A DNA stretch of 64,000 bases from positions 3,658,001 through 3,722,000 of the forward strand of contig CM074512.1 in assembly GCA_037379345.1 (NCBI GenBank). The letters run 5' to 3'. The stretch is from Perna viridis (taxonomy: Eukaryota). Of the stretch, positions 1 through 12,769 are shown in pieces (positions within the stretch are counted from its first letter, which is position 1; each line of letters starts with the position of its first letter). The translations under genes and the position numbers were made by a program. Below the pieces are notes generated by a model. That model ran no database searches. It was not told the origin of the DNA and saw nothing but the letters and a program-made list of their open reading frames with translations.

Positions 1-898
1 TTCCTTCCTTTTATATTTCTTTGACCTCTGATAAAAGCAGGAGGTGTAACTTTTTTTTATGGTAAGGTACTGACATCCCACCACAATAAGTGTATGTTTT
101 ATCTAGTACCTATCCATATAATACAAGTTTTACCTCCTGTTTTTATCTTCTTTTTTTTTCAGATCAGGGTAATTGGACTTTAAAACTTCAAAAAAGGAGA
201 ATTGAGTGTCATGTTTTTAGCACAGCTCTGGATTTCTCCCTGCCACAAAGCTACATAGGGACATTGTTATAATAGTTGTCTGTTTAGTGATATCTTGTGA
301 AGACAACTCCTCTGAAAGCACTTGTCAGATTTCTTCCATATTAGTTGGGATTTACTAAGAGTAGATGTACATACTATAACATCAATTTGATATAATTTTT
401 GTTGGAATTATGACCTTGTCAATCCCTCCTAATAGAATCTGCTGTTAATGAAACTCTGATTTCTTTAATATATGGTGGGATTTGTTGATAGGAAGTGTAG
501 ATTTGCATTCTTTATTGTCATTTTGATTTGCAAATATTTGTAGGAACTTATCACTATTTTTCACATCTTTCAACCATAGAAGACATTTTTAATTTAACTC
601 CTTTGAAACCACTTGTTGGATTTCTTTTATATTTGGTAGGATTTGTTATTACCAAGAATAGATGTCCATATTATACAGTAAATGATTCCACATTTTTTGT
701 AGGGTTTCTGGAACTTCTTTGAAACGCTTGCCAGATTTATAATTAGTTCTTACAAAGTTAAGATGTGCATTCTATGTTGACATTCTGGTATCCAGCAATT
801 TTTGTGCAAGAGTTTTGTCTTTTTTTCAGATTTCCCAACAGCAGAGGGCTTTGGGTGATGCATCTCTTCTGAAATGGCCTATCGATTAGCATTTTGAT

Positions 899-1540
899 TA
901 GCTCACTTGGCATCTATCGTCGTTATTAAAATTTTCAAAACTCTTCTGCTCTGACACTACTTGACCAATTAGAACCAAACTTGGTAAGATTGCTCCTTGG
1001 GATATCCTGCATAGAACTGTTATGGGGATTTTGATCCCTTGAAAAACATGGGCCCCCATATTTGAAAGTAGAACATAGTGGTCAAACAGAAGTTTTTTGC
1101 ATATATCTCCAAAAACATTAGGTTTAGCCAAATTCTGACATGGGAAAAAGTGTACAGCATGATTAGCTCTATCTTAGGTCAAAATTTCATTTTAATCTGT
1201 TAAGCCATGTTGGAGTTATTGTCCTTTTTCAACATTTTTTTGCTCTTTTTAATGTTATTTCTTTCAAAAATCTTCTACTCTGACAATAATTGACTGATTG
1301 GAACCATATTTGGTATGAATTTTCCAAATTTTTCCTGCACCGAACTGATTTGCGGATTTTTGATCCATTGAAAACATGGCCGCATTTACTAAAAATAGAA
1401 TTAAAGGTCAGACAGAAATTTTTCTCATATATCTTCAAAACCGAGTCAACATTGTTAGACAACTCCTTAGAGTTATTGCCCTTGAAAGGCAAATATTTAA
1501 CCCGGTTAGCTATTCAGGCTTCAGAGAGCCTCTTGTTTTG
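899..1540 (+). mobile_element. Non-autonomous Helentron/HINE-like element (family A)
   Basis: Starts TTAGCTCACTTGG, ends CCGGTTAGC..AGGCT-TCAGAG-AGCCT-CTTGTTT hairpin; homologous to 12770-13563. Confidence 0.6.
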
Positions 1541-1702
1541 TAAATGTTGCTATTAAGAGTACATGTGCATGCTCTACCACCATTTTGATGAAACAAGTAA
1601 TTGTAAGTGTTTTTTTGGACTTGATCAGCTTCAAATCTCGTCTCATATAAATTCCAGTCTTGTTCCACTTAGAAATACACTGAAATGATTTATATTGGAC
1701 AG

Positions 1703-1790
1703 ATACAAGATGTAGTACCTATAACAAGCTATGACACTGCTGGGTCATTTCTACTCCTTGGTTGTCAGAATGGTTCTGTATATTATATTG
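1703..1790 (+). CDS. KCTD3: KCTD3/SHKBP1-like exon ([29 protein letters not shown])
   Basis: AG 1701-1702, GTAAG at 1791; 88 nt. Confidence 0.92.
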
Positions 1791-4700
1791 GTAAGTTAGT
1801 AATATTTGACAATAAGGTATTTACAGAAACTTACTTATATCTTGAGTAAAAAGTCATTTATTATTTATCAATACTACTAATATTTTGTAAGTTGGTGTAA
1901 AGATGTTTTGAAGACTTTAAGTCACCTTACAATTGATCATCCCTTTAGAAAATTCTCTGTAAATGTTCATAATGTGATTGTTTTTACATTTAATGTATGT
2001 GGTTATTTTTGCAATAAGCTTATTATGGCTTGAGTCTCTGTTCATACATTTGATGTGGGGTGTGTCTGTGGTTAATTTTGCCTTAAGCTAGTTATGAGTT
2101 TTTAGAATGATATTTCATACTTCATATTTTACAGTATCTTGCTGTCCATCTTTCAAACAAAACCTTCAAAGTACCGTAGTATTATTTTAGGACTGAAAGT
2201 TTCTAAAAGTGTTTTGAACTTTAGCTTTATTAACTCAGATTTTTGAAGTCATGCATACTAATTTTTCTGCACTGTGATTTTTTTTTTTTTAAAGTAGAAA
2301 AAAATAATAATAAAACAATAGGGAATCAAATAAAATAATTTTTACATGTGTTGTAGGTTTTGTGTCATAATAAGAACAGCTTTAGTGGTCTCAGGGTAGC
2401 ATGCTCACCTTGAGTGTAGGAAGTCGTGAGTTGGGTTCCCAGTCATGACACATCAAAGACTTTTTAAGTAGTAGTCTTTGTAAGAAGCATGCAAATTCTG
2501 TAATGTGATACACCCCCAAATAAGGCTACACATTTTTTTATTTTTGTTATTAAGTATCTTTATGATGACATGTTTAATTATTCATTCCAATCTGTCTGCT
2601 TTTAGGAGGTAAGCTACATTGAAAATCCAACAGTTTCTATTGTATTTTAATGTCATTTACTGGGTTATCTCCCTTAATTTTGAATTCTAATGTACATTCT
2701 ATGTAATTTTTACTCCTGAGAACAAAGATTATATGAAAAGCCACTTGTTAATTTCTGTTTACTATAATGTTTTAAACAAAATATCAAAAAGGAAAATATG
2801 TAGGCTTTCCAACCATGGATCACATTTTGCATGATTCTATCTGGAGTGTTACATACAAATTGGTAGTCATTGCTTCTCTACCAAGCATGCAGTATTTAAG
2901 GGGACAGAGTGATGAGTTGGCTCGGAGTGTTGGCATGCCTACCTGCAGGCTGTTGATTCTGTCAGCTGACACAAAAAGATCCAGCTCAGCATGTTGGTCT
3001 AGTACAAAACAGGGTCTGTTTGATTGGTCAATCATTTTCATCTCTAAATGCATGAAATATCTGCCGTAGGACATTAAACCACATTTAATCAATCAATCAA
3101 TCAATATACCACAATGAAAAAATTGATTACTTGTACTTGCAAAGAGTGCTAAAAACAAAAAATTTTGCTTAAATTTGATAATTGTATATAGTCATTGCTC
3201 CATTTAAAGCTGCATTAGCTGCCAAATTTGTTCAGTTTTGATTCTACTGAATTTTGCTGATAAAATGAAATAAGTTTGAAGTAATGCAGTTCAAGCAATA
3301 AATGTTGATAATACCTTCAGAATATTAGGATATCGATAGCTCAGATCTAATTATTTTTCGCCATTACTTCCGAAGGTTGCTGACAGGACATTAACCTTGG
3401 TAAAAAAAATAACAATAACAGATACACAGATACACAAACCACGTTCACTTTACAATCAGATTTGTTTTTAAAAAAGCAACCCTTACAGCACATGGGTGGA
3501 TTAAGGCCACCTAAAGTCACATGCATACGGATTTATCTAGGTGGATTTTTTGTCTTGCAAGACAATAAATATATAGACAACTATTTCATGTATTTAACAC
3601 ATTTCATTTGTGGATATCGAATGAAATTATACAGGAAAAGTAAAATTTAGTAGAAATAATTCATAATACAACAGAAACAAAAATTTACGAAAATGACAGC
3701 TAATGCATCTTTAAACTTTGATTATATTCAAAATGGTTAGTCATTTTAAGTGATTATATTCAAGATGGTCATTTTGCTTTAAACCTTTTCCAACCAAATT
3801 CTGCATAGCAGTTTGTTTTTGTCAGATTCAAGGTCATTTATTTCCTAGATTTTACATAATTCTGTTTTACACTCAGTAACATATCTTGCTAATATTTAGG
3901 GACTTTATATGCCTAACATTATGGTTATCAGTCTACGACTGTGTAACTGTGCATTCAATTACGCAAAAATGATTTCGGGATTTTATTTTTTGTTTTAATT
4001 AAGCTCTCTCTTCTTTAAAGTGTTTTCTGTTTTTAGTTAGCAGAGTTACGAAAAAAATCACTTATCATGAATGGGAAGTAGGGTGTATCATTCAGCCCAG
4101 TTTGTTCTAACAATTTTAAAGGTCTGATCGGTAATATCAAATTTACCTGTGATTTATTTTAGGCATTTTATCTCTATTTTTATGTTATTTCTTTCAAAAA
4201 TCTCTTATGAAACTACCAGACCAATTAGAACAAACTTGGTATAAATGTTCTTTAGGATATTCTGCATAGATCTTTTATGGGGACTATTGATCTGTTGAAA
4301 AACATGACCGCTGTTACTAAAAATAAATGAAAGGGGTCACTCAGAAGTTTTCTCAATTATCTCCAAAATGGTAAGGTTTAGCCAAATTCTTTCAATTGTG
4401 AAAATGATCCTTAATATAAGGTCTACAAAAGTCTACGCGGGATCAAAGATGTTGGACAACTCTTGTTAGACTTATTGCCCTTGAAAGACAAAAAATTATG
4501 TTTTTAGCAGTTTTCAGCCAATATCTTGACACTATAATAGGTAAAAAGAAGCTTTAAATTGATGAAATCGTCCACATGAAAAGATAAGTCATACCAAAGT
4601 CTTCTTTTGAGTTTTTTTACAACTCTGTGTTAGAGTTATTGCCTTTGAAAGGCAGATATTTAACCTGGTGAGGAATTCAGGCTCCTGTGTGGGAGCCTCT

Positions 4701-7700
4701 TGTTTTTGAAAAAAATTCTATGATCATTTTACCATTAGTAAATGATTTTGATTGCCTTATTTTACAAGATTCACAATGGTATGCATCTTGAAGACATCAT
4801 TTGTCCTTAGAATGTACAGAAACACTTTGAAAATTACTTTTTTAACAAGTTAAGTAATGAAATGTTAGAAGTGATTTGTGAGACCAATATCATTTGTTAT
4901 ATGAACTCAACCTCCCAGCTCATGTAACTCTTCATCGTGATATTATAAGTATTAAACTAGAAAAAATAAGGCCAACTGAGTTGAAAAGATTTCACTAAAA
5001 ACATTATTTAACCTTGATATATTATAGTATTGTTTTTGTAGACATGCAAAAGTTTCCTTTGAGAATGAAAGACAATGATTTATTAGTGACAGAGTTGTAT
5101 AGAGATCCAGCTGGAGATATGGTAACAGCTTTAAGTGTCTATCTCACACCTAAAACTAGTAAGTCCATTGCAGAAATGATGGTGAGATTTTTAAAGTGTC
5201 TATCCCAAAAGTACACATTGTATGGGACTGGTATTACCATAGATCTTTTAACCACCCTACACCTAACACTATTTAGTGCAATGTAGATATGGTGACGACT
5301 TTAAGTGTTTTATTTCATACTTGAAATAAGTTAATCCATCGTAGAAATGTTGCTAAAACAAGTTGCTCAAATGTGGATATTGTGATAACTTAAAACATGT
5401 TAAGTGATTGTGTGAGATTAATTAGTCATAAACCTTGGTGAGATGATGATAGTTTTAACTGCCTATCTATACAATTAGTCATATACCTTGTAGGTGTGAA
5501 GCAAAAATGAAGTTTAAGAAATGGAAAGAATATGCTTATGAGTTCTTGTCTTCAAAAGCCATCATCAGTTAAAGGATTGGCTTCTGTCTCTGATTTTGGT
5601 GCAAATTTTATGAAATATTTTGTCTTGTACATGTAAAACAGAAGCTTTTCCTCCTTAATAAGGTCAAATTGAAACCTTGAATTCTTTCCACAGAAATAAT
5701 TGTTAAGTTCCTATTTAGTTCCGGTAAGTCTATAAATCTGAAGTTACAGACAACATGGTTATATTTTGTAGGTCTAAGTGGGAACTGGATAGAAATAGCC
5801 TATGGGACCAGTTCAGGGACAGTAAGAGTTATTGTTCAGCATCCAGAAACTGTAGGCCATGGACCACAATTATTCCAGACTTTTACTGTTCACAGAAGTC
5901 CTGTCACCAAAGTCATGTTATCAGAGAAACATCTTGTATCAGGTATGAAATATTTTTTTTTTAAATCTTGGCTTTCAAGTGATCTATTTGGTCAGCATTA
6001 AAGTTAAGGAATGATTTGAAGAGACTGATATGTAATTTTTGTCTACTTCATTGTAACTTTTATTTGTTGGTATCTAGTTAATGGCATTTTAAACTTTCTA
6101 AAATAGAATTCTTTTGTTTACACAGTGCACCCTCGAGATATTGCTCCATTTTAGACCAGGTCAGATTTTGGCAATATGCGAGGCTGGCAATAAATCGAGG
6201 AAATATTTATGTAGAAACAATAGTAATTTTGGGAAAAGGGACCTTGAAAATGTGTGGCAATAAGTGAGGAACCACCATTAAAGAGGGGCACTATTTATAT
6301 TTTCAATGGGTGGTTTTTCCAGAAACAGAAGAAATTGGTACTCTATAAATATTTAATCTATCACAGTATTTCAAAATTTTCTTTTAGCTCATAGAATTGT
6401 AAAAATGTGAAAATAAAAATTAGTATTTTATCTTCATGTTATTTTGGATCTTCGTTTAAACTCCTGTTTTTTTTTGTTTTTTTTTTTATTTAAAAGGTCT
6501 AAAATAGGGCTCAAGAATTCCCATTAATGACAAAATTTTTGTACCCCAGGGAATGTTACATTTGTATGTCATATATTGATTAAGTAAAGAAGTTGGTTTG
6601 GTAAGGGTAAAATTTGGCCTCAAAATGCAAGCCTACCTGAAGAAAATTTAATGATGTTTCTCCAACTCTTCAATATGTGTTATGAGTGATTTGATTGGTT
6701 TATGGTAATAAATTGATCATATATTGTCATTTATATCCTTCAAACTTGACTGAAATTGGAAAAATCTGTTAAAAAGGCTGGAAACACTTGGTTTTGTTGA
6801 GTTTACCATTCTTTTAACAATGGCTACATGCATGTTCATTCTCATGCTTCATATATTTTGTGCAGAATTGTCAGTTAAAACTCATGTGAAAATATCTTGA
6901 GTGAACAAATGTGTGGCCACTTCTGTTCTACACAAAACCCATCTTAAAAATTGCAGAAATGTTAAAAGTTCAAGGTTTTTGTAAAAGTTACATAAAAACA
7001 TTCTGTTATTTCTGTATAACGCCATGTATGTCATCAACAGCAGTTTGTATTCAGTGTTTTACTATACAGTTACTACCAAGAAATCAGTTTTGATAAAATT
7101 TTTAAAAATGCACAAATTTTGAGGCCAAAAGGGGTACTTACCGAACTTTCTCCTTTTAAAGCCCAACATTCCAAACGACCGTTAATAGTCAGATGGAACT
7201 TTTATACCAACACAGTACATACATATATTGATATATGAAGCAGAGAAAACTACGAGTTTATAGCATGATGGGATGTTGATCCATCAAAATTAAATATCAA
7301 AACAGCAAAAACAAATATTAAAACAGTTTTCAAGGAAGAATGAGCTTGTATCTCCCATGAAGATCCTGAATAACATAGTATTTTTCTAAGATTTTGTTCT
7401 TATTAACTTGTTCAGTTCAATTCTAGTTGGATCAGGTAATTTTTAACTGATCTTAATTTAAATGAAATGGAATACTATGATCATTTTGTTTTTTGACAGT
7501 ATGTAGTGAGTACAATCATGTAAGAACATGGAGTGTGACCAGATTCCGTGGAATGATATCTACACAGCCTGGATCTACACCATTAGCTTCCTTTAAAATT
7601 GTATCATTGGATGATGTAGAAACTCAAGCTAGCAATTCTGCTGGAAATGATTTTGGTAATTTAGATTCTCCTATTGATTGTTAAAAGTTGTGTAGTTAAA

Positions 7701-10700
7701 ATCTGACTGGCTTTATGCTAACTCATTATAAGTTCCCAACTATTAATTCACTTCTTATATATGTGTTATACATACATGTAATTAGAGCAAGCAGATGTGT
7801 TTTGATATTTGATAAAGGTTATATCATGGTTTATGTTAAATTGAAAGGGAAATAATTTTACTGAGTGTATTTATTGATTTTAAACATGGATTCCTGAAAG
7901 TACCTGCTTACGACTGAGTAAATATTAATGTGAATCTCTTCAGGTCCCTATTGTGAGCACCTGCTTACCACTCAGGTAATCTTATAAATGTAAATCTCTT
8001 CAGGTCCCTATGGTGAACAAGATGATCAACAGGTGTTCATACAGAAAATTATTCCTGAGACTGACAAGTTGTTTGTACGACTATCATCAGATGGCCAAAG
8101 GTAATACATTGATTCCCTGCTGCTCAGGTTTTTTCTTATTTGTTTGGAGTTTAGCCAATTGTGTTGAATATTTATTGTCACACTTTTCTCAACTCAAGAA
8201 AATAATTTGTTCCTTAATTAACTTGTTCCTAATTTAATTCTGAAAATTTTAACCTTTTTACATGAGACTACAACTAATGGAACTACCATTTGATTTTTAT
8301 GGGGTGGGGGGGGTTTGCTAGGATAAAATTTGAAATAAAAGGACAGGATTGAATTTTCAAAGTTTCTGCTGGACAGAATTATTTGTATTTAGGTACCTTG
8401 TTTCTATTACATGTGGATTTAAACAATGTCTTCCAATTTTTGGCTCTGTCAGCCTCCTGTTTACCAATGTTAATAAGATTTTAGATAATATAAACATCAA
8501 CCATGTCAATATATTAGGGGTAAACTATTTAAAATTGTTGACACATTATGAAAGTAAACATGGATGTCAGCAACAAGTAATGAATGCAGGAACTTGTGGG
8601 TTACAAGTTATACCTTAGGTCATTGTTTTTTCTGTGTAGCACAGGGCATATATAGTAGGATAGCAGATGTTTTAAAAGTCTTTAATTAACAATATTTAAT
8701 GCACCTAAATATGACACAGCTATATTTGGTATTATTTTTCAGAAATATCATTCTACTTTCAAATTAGAATTTTGCATTTTGTGAGAGCACCCTGTTTTCC
8801 TCCACAAATACTGGCTGTTGAAAAGTTTATTTGGATTATGAAAAGATGAAAAAATAATATTAATGATCTAAGAGTCTTTCAAATTAAGCATTAAGGATTA
8901 CATGAAGCTGTAATTTTGAATTATGTATTGGCAGGCAGAAAATATTGACATAGTTTTGCCAACCATATTTTTGTCCTAATTTTAAGCAAATTTTCATTAA
9001 TTGTATGAAACTCATACATGTTCATCAACCATAGTGGGTTTAAATTTATGGCTTTTGTAACCACATACCTTCTGAATGAACTTTAATTTTTTTTGTAATG
9101 ATAAGAAGTATTTTTAATGAGTAAACAAAAAGCTCAATATCTGTGGTACAAGCTACCTGATAAATGTAATATTTCATGTGCTCTGTGTATAATCTACCCC
9201 ATATTGTGGCCAGTCAATAACTAGTAGGCTTAGTGAAAAATATAGGAAGTAGGTCATACTGGTAATCAAAGGGTTAGAACAAGAGGCTGCAGCAATGAAA
9301 TGCAAACATCCTCTCTTTTCTGTTGATATGTTCTCATATAAACCTGACAGACTCAAAGCAAAAGTTATCCAAGTATCCAGTCACAAACTGTATATTCATA
9401 ACAGGTCTATGTGAAGGATATAGGTTTACATGCCAGGATGTTCAATACTTTTATTCGCTTTTAATTTATGACAGCCTAACTCTTTTAAGAATCTATTCTT
9501 TCGACACCTGGGTACTATTAGTAACAGTTATGTTTTGTTTTTAAGCCAAGTCAATGGCTTATAAGCTTTTCAAACTGAAAAAAAAACTTTTTGCTGACGC
9601 AAATAATCAAACTGGTCACAAAAAGTGTCTTGCCAGTGCAGTTTTTTTCCCATTCAGGACCTTTCAAAAACCTGGTACCACCATACAATAAAATGAAAGT
9701 CTTTTTGTTTCTTTCTTTTGGCTTGCACTGGGATGTTTAAGATGAATATCAGAGATATGGAGTGGAAAAAAAACCAAGACCAAATCAATTAGAATGTAAT
9801 AATGCATTGTGCGCAATAAATCGACTATGGCCAATAGTGAAGTTTTGTTTCTGCTGTTTTCTGTGCATTGCATCTTGGTGTTGTCTTTTTCAAATTTAAT
9901 ACTTGCTCTTCATTTCTCAACAAACTGATACTTTTTGTTGTAGCCAGGACAAGAAAAATTATGGACAGGTTTAGTGTTCTTTTAAGTTTACAAGACATCT
10001 AATATTCATTGTTTATCACCAATTTTTAGATGGTAATATAAATCTTAGGCGTACTAAATAGTTTTGTTTGGTACTATATGATTATAATTGCAAATATATG
10101 AAGTATTCTCAAAATTGATAAAATGGGAGTTTGTATTTGAACTAATGGAGAAATGGGAGTTTGTATTTGGACTAATGGAGAAATGGGAGTTTGTATTTGG
10201 ACTAATGGAGAAATGGGAGTTTGTATTTGGACTAATGGAGAAATGGAAGTTTGTATTTGAACTAATGGAGAAATGGGAGTTTGTATTTGGACTAATGGAG
10301 AAATGGGAGTTTGTATTTGGACTAATGGAGAAATGGGAGTTTGTATTTGGACTAATGGAGAAATGGGAGTTTGTATTTGAACTAATGGAGAAATGACACT
10401 TTCAAAGCTGCTATTTAAATAGAAAAGTCAATATTTTACTGCAAATGTTAGATATTAAAAAATAATTTCAGAATGTGTTTTTGAATATTCACTTTCTAAT
10501 TTTACAATTTTGAGACCTCAAAATCAAGGTTGGCCTTTCATTTCAGGCTGCTAAAGTTAAAAATATTTTGGCATGATTACCAAAAACTGCTGCGACATCA
10601 AAGACATCAATTTTTTTTAAAGAGTTTGATATAAGCTCTCCATCGATATATAGTTACTCATATTATGTAATGGTGCATTAAATTCTCAAAAATCGATATC

Positions 10701-12635
10701 CTGCTATCCTACTGATAGGAGATAAAGTGATGACTGGTTGGCGCAGAATAACTTGTCCAAGTGGGGATGACCTACCGGTATCTGTAAGCTGGCACAGAGT
10801 CAGAATAACTTGTCCAAGTGGGGATGACTTATTTGTGAGCTGACACAGAGTCAGAATTACGTGTCTATATGGGGATGGCCAATCTGTGAGCTGGCACATA
10901 AAAAAAAATGCAGCACAACATGTCAACATTCTTGTCTGAAAGTGAACTAATTATTGGCTGTAATGCCTAAAAATCAATATTCTGAAAGAACTGGTTGGCA
11001 GAAAATGAATTATTCAAGTCTAGAATATTACAAGTGGATGGGATGGTTTTTTTTTTGTCTTTCAGAGTATGTGTAATTTCATCAGTTGATAACAGTAGTA
11101 TCACAGCATTCTGTGTACATGAGTGTGAGGGGTCTAATAGGATGGGCTCTAGGCCAAGGAGATATATTTTCACAGGTCACAGTAATGGTTCTATCCAGGT
11201 AGGATGAAGGTTTAAAACCTTAACTGATAGAAAACAAGTCTGTATTATGTTGAAAATCACTGTGCTAGAAAACTTCTGTAGACTATTTTATCAAACTTAA
11301 TAGATGTGATTTACCATAGGTCATACTCAACCATGTTTTAATGAGCACTTTGTTGAATTTTTTTTTTTTATTCAAAATTTGTGGATTAAAGATAACTGTA
11401 TTTATGAACCCTTCACCATCCACTAAAATGTATATGTATATAAAATTTTGCTAAGTGTCAATCTCAAATTTGTATCAAAGTTTATTGAGGACTTTTTGAA
11501 CACTACAAACAAATCATTGCAACTTACAATATGTTCATAATATGTTTTTTTATACTAACATAGACTTTATTGTAACCCATAATCCAAGAAATCATTGTAT
11601 TCTTTAAACTGCAGAAAAGTATCTTCCCATTATCCACCTATCCCCCAAAATGAAAAACATGTACCAAACTTGACAATCATTAATAGTCATCGACAACCTC
11701 TGAATTTAAAAATTACTCTCGAAAGTGGAATTCTCCTCTGGTTGGAACAAAGAGGTAACAAAATCTGCTCTGTGGCACATGTGTGTTTCTTGTTAAAGGA
11801 AATGTGCATTTATTTAAAACTTGAGAGGTTTTTAAGGTCAATGCGAACAAGAATGTAAAATGCAAAACCTGTTACATTGTGCAACTTGTTCAACATGTGG
11901 TGAACAATATATTTGCAGAACTGGGGATGATATATTTAAGTGGGTAAGAGTACATAAGCAACAAATTAAAGACACATCTGTGAGAAATATCCCATGCTGT
12001 GAACACTTCCATAGATGCCAACAGCAAAGTTTCATGTTTTTCCCTGTTTTAAAAATATTTATGGAAACTGCAGCTTTCTGCATAGCAAAAGAAGAACATT
12101 TTAAACAAAAATACTAGACTTCTTTAAATAGAAAGTGAAAGTGGAAATCTGCTGTCAAGGTATAACAATGTAATGTCATAAGGAACAATGAATATGCAAG
12201 GTCACTACATAAAAACGCTAAACAATGTGAATATAACTGTCAGAAGTTGCATGACCGAAAGCACTTACAGTTTATCGATTTATTTGTTTATTCATAATTT
12301 GACTTCTTTGTGTTTTCCAATTATACTGTTTTATGATTCAGTTATATGTATTTTGTGTTTAGATGTGGGACCTGACAACTGCATTGGAAATGATGAACAA
12401 GGCAGCTTCCTGTTCTGGAGGACCTACACCAAATGAGTTACTTCAACTTTTAGACCAATGTGATCTAACATCTAAAACTAACACACCAAGTATCAGTCCA
12501 GCTCCTTCGGTCTTACAGGTACCACTTGGTCCAACTGTTTGTTTTCCAAGACCAAGTTCAGTTGCCATGGATAGTGAGGCTGAGGAAGAGGAGGAGGGGA
12601 AATTTTATCCAGACACCCTTGTTACTAAAATATAA
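1703..12635 (+). CDS. KCTD3: KCTD3/SHKBP1-like BTB-WD40 protein, 3' part (7 coding exons; 5' exons lie upstream of the window)
   Basis: Exons 1703-1790, 5042-5158, 5772-5942, 7500-7655, 8004-8100, 11066-11198 and 12363-12635 join in phase via GT-AG introns. They give [106 protein letters not shown], matching the KCTD3/SHKBP1 C-terminal half as recalled. Probably co-orthologous to both vertebrate paralogues. Confidence 0.93.
2378..3105 (+). mobile_element. Degenerate tRNA-headed SINE interrupted by a roughly 380 bp insert (about 2480-2856)
   Basis: A/B-box-like head (TAGTGGTCTCAGGGTAG; GGGTTCCCAGTC); body resumes at 2857; (AATC)n tail at about 3087-3104. Confidence 0.6.
3208..3710. mobile_element. 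Kolobok-type non-autonomous DNA transposon
   Basis: TTAA on both sides (3204-3207, 3711-3714); TIR AGCTGCATTAGCTG / CAGCTAATGCATCT with RR..YY termini. Confidence 0.75.
4170..4707 (+). mobile_element. Family A HINE-like element, 5'-truncated
   Basis: Same body and 3' hairpin (AGGCTCC..GGAGCCT-CTTGTTT) as 12770-13563. Confidence 0.6.
5042..5158 (+). CDS. KCTD3: KCTD3/SHKBP1-like exon ([15 protein letters not shown]...YLTPKT)
   Basis: AG 5040-5041, GTAAG at 5159; 117 nt. Confidence 0.93.
5772..5942 (+). CDS. KCTD3: KCTD3/SHKBP1-like exon ([12 protein letters not shown]...EKHLVS)
   Basis: AG 5770-5771, GTATG at 5943; 171 nt. Confidence 0.93.
6123..6293. mobile_element. Short degenerate MITE (Tc1/mariner-pogo-like)
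   Basis: CAGTGCACCCTC ... GAGGGGCACTA imperfect TIR. Confidence 0.4.
6586..7156. mobile_element. Degenerate TIR element, probably Kolobok-type
   Basis: GGTAAG..TTTGGCCTCAAAA at left and TTTTGAGGCCAAAA..CTTACC at right, with TTAA nearby. Confidence 0.5.
7500..7655 (+). CDS. KCTD3: KCTD3/SHKBP1-like exon ([11 protein letters not shown]...AGNDF)
   Basis: CAG 7497-7499, GTAAT at 7656; 156 nt. Confidence 0.93.
8004..8100 (+). CDS. KCTD3: KCTD3/SHKBP1-like exon ([15 protein letters not shown]...DGQR)
   Basis: CAG 8001-8003, GTAAT at 8101; 97 nt. Confidence 0.92.
10121..10395. repeat. 30-bp minisatellite, 9 near-identical copies
   Basis: Unit AAATGGGAGTTTGTATTTGGACTAATGGAG. Confidence 0.97.
10740..10898. 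repeat. About 50-57 bp tandem repeat, 3 copies
   Basis: CAGAATAACTTGTCCAAGTGGGGATGAC...GAGCTGGCACA. Confidence 0.8.
11066..11198 (+). CDS. KCTD3: KCTD3/SHKBP1-like exon (VCVISSVD...HSNGSIQ)
   Basis: Polypyrimidine tract plus CAG 11063-11065, GTAGG at 11199; 133 nt. Confidence 0.93.
11560..12275 (+). mobile_element. Penelope-like element 3' relic (GIY-YIG endonuclease plus hammerhead relic)
   Basis: [60 protein letters not shown], with frameshifts and a stop. Confidence 0.8.
12363..12635 (+). CDS. KCTD3: KCTD3/SHKBP1-like probable terminal coding exon ([10 protein letters not shown]...LVTKI*)
   Basis: AG 12361-12362; [17 protein letters not shown] motif; open to TAA at 12635. An internal donor cannot be excluded. 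Confidence 0.8.
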   Translation: MWDLTTALEMMNKAASCSGGPTPNELLQLLDQCDLTSKTNTPSISPAPSVLQVPLGPTVCFPRPSSVAMDSEAEEEEEGKFYPDTLVTKI

Positions 12636-12769
12636 ACCATTTACATGTGATAACTCGTGTTATTTATGGGATATTCATATGACTTTTGTTTTTTGTTCTG
12701 TCATATGAGTTTTATGTACTAATAAGTTGTTAACCCATTTTAGTGATGTCTTCCAAGGTTTTAATGCAT

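Noticed and set aside
2378-2450. tRNA gene
   Set aside because: Degenerate boxes, no cloverleaf, and followed by a SINE body and tail.
10088-10396. ORF of [10 protein letters not shown] repeats; CRISPR-like appearance
   Set aside because: Head-to-tail 30-bp minisatellite with no spacers, inside an intron; the frame is open only because the unit is a stop-free multiple of 3.
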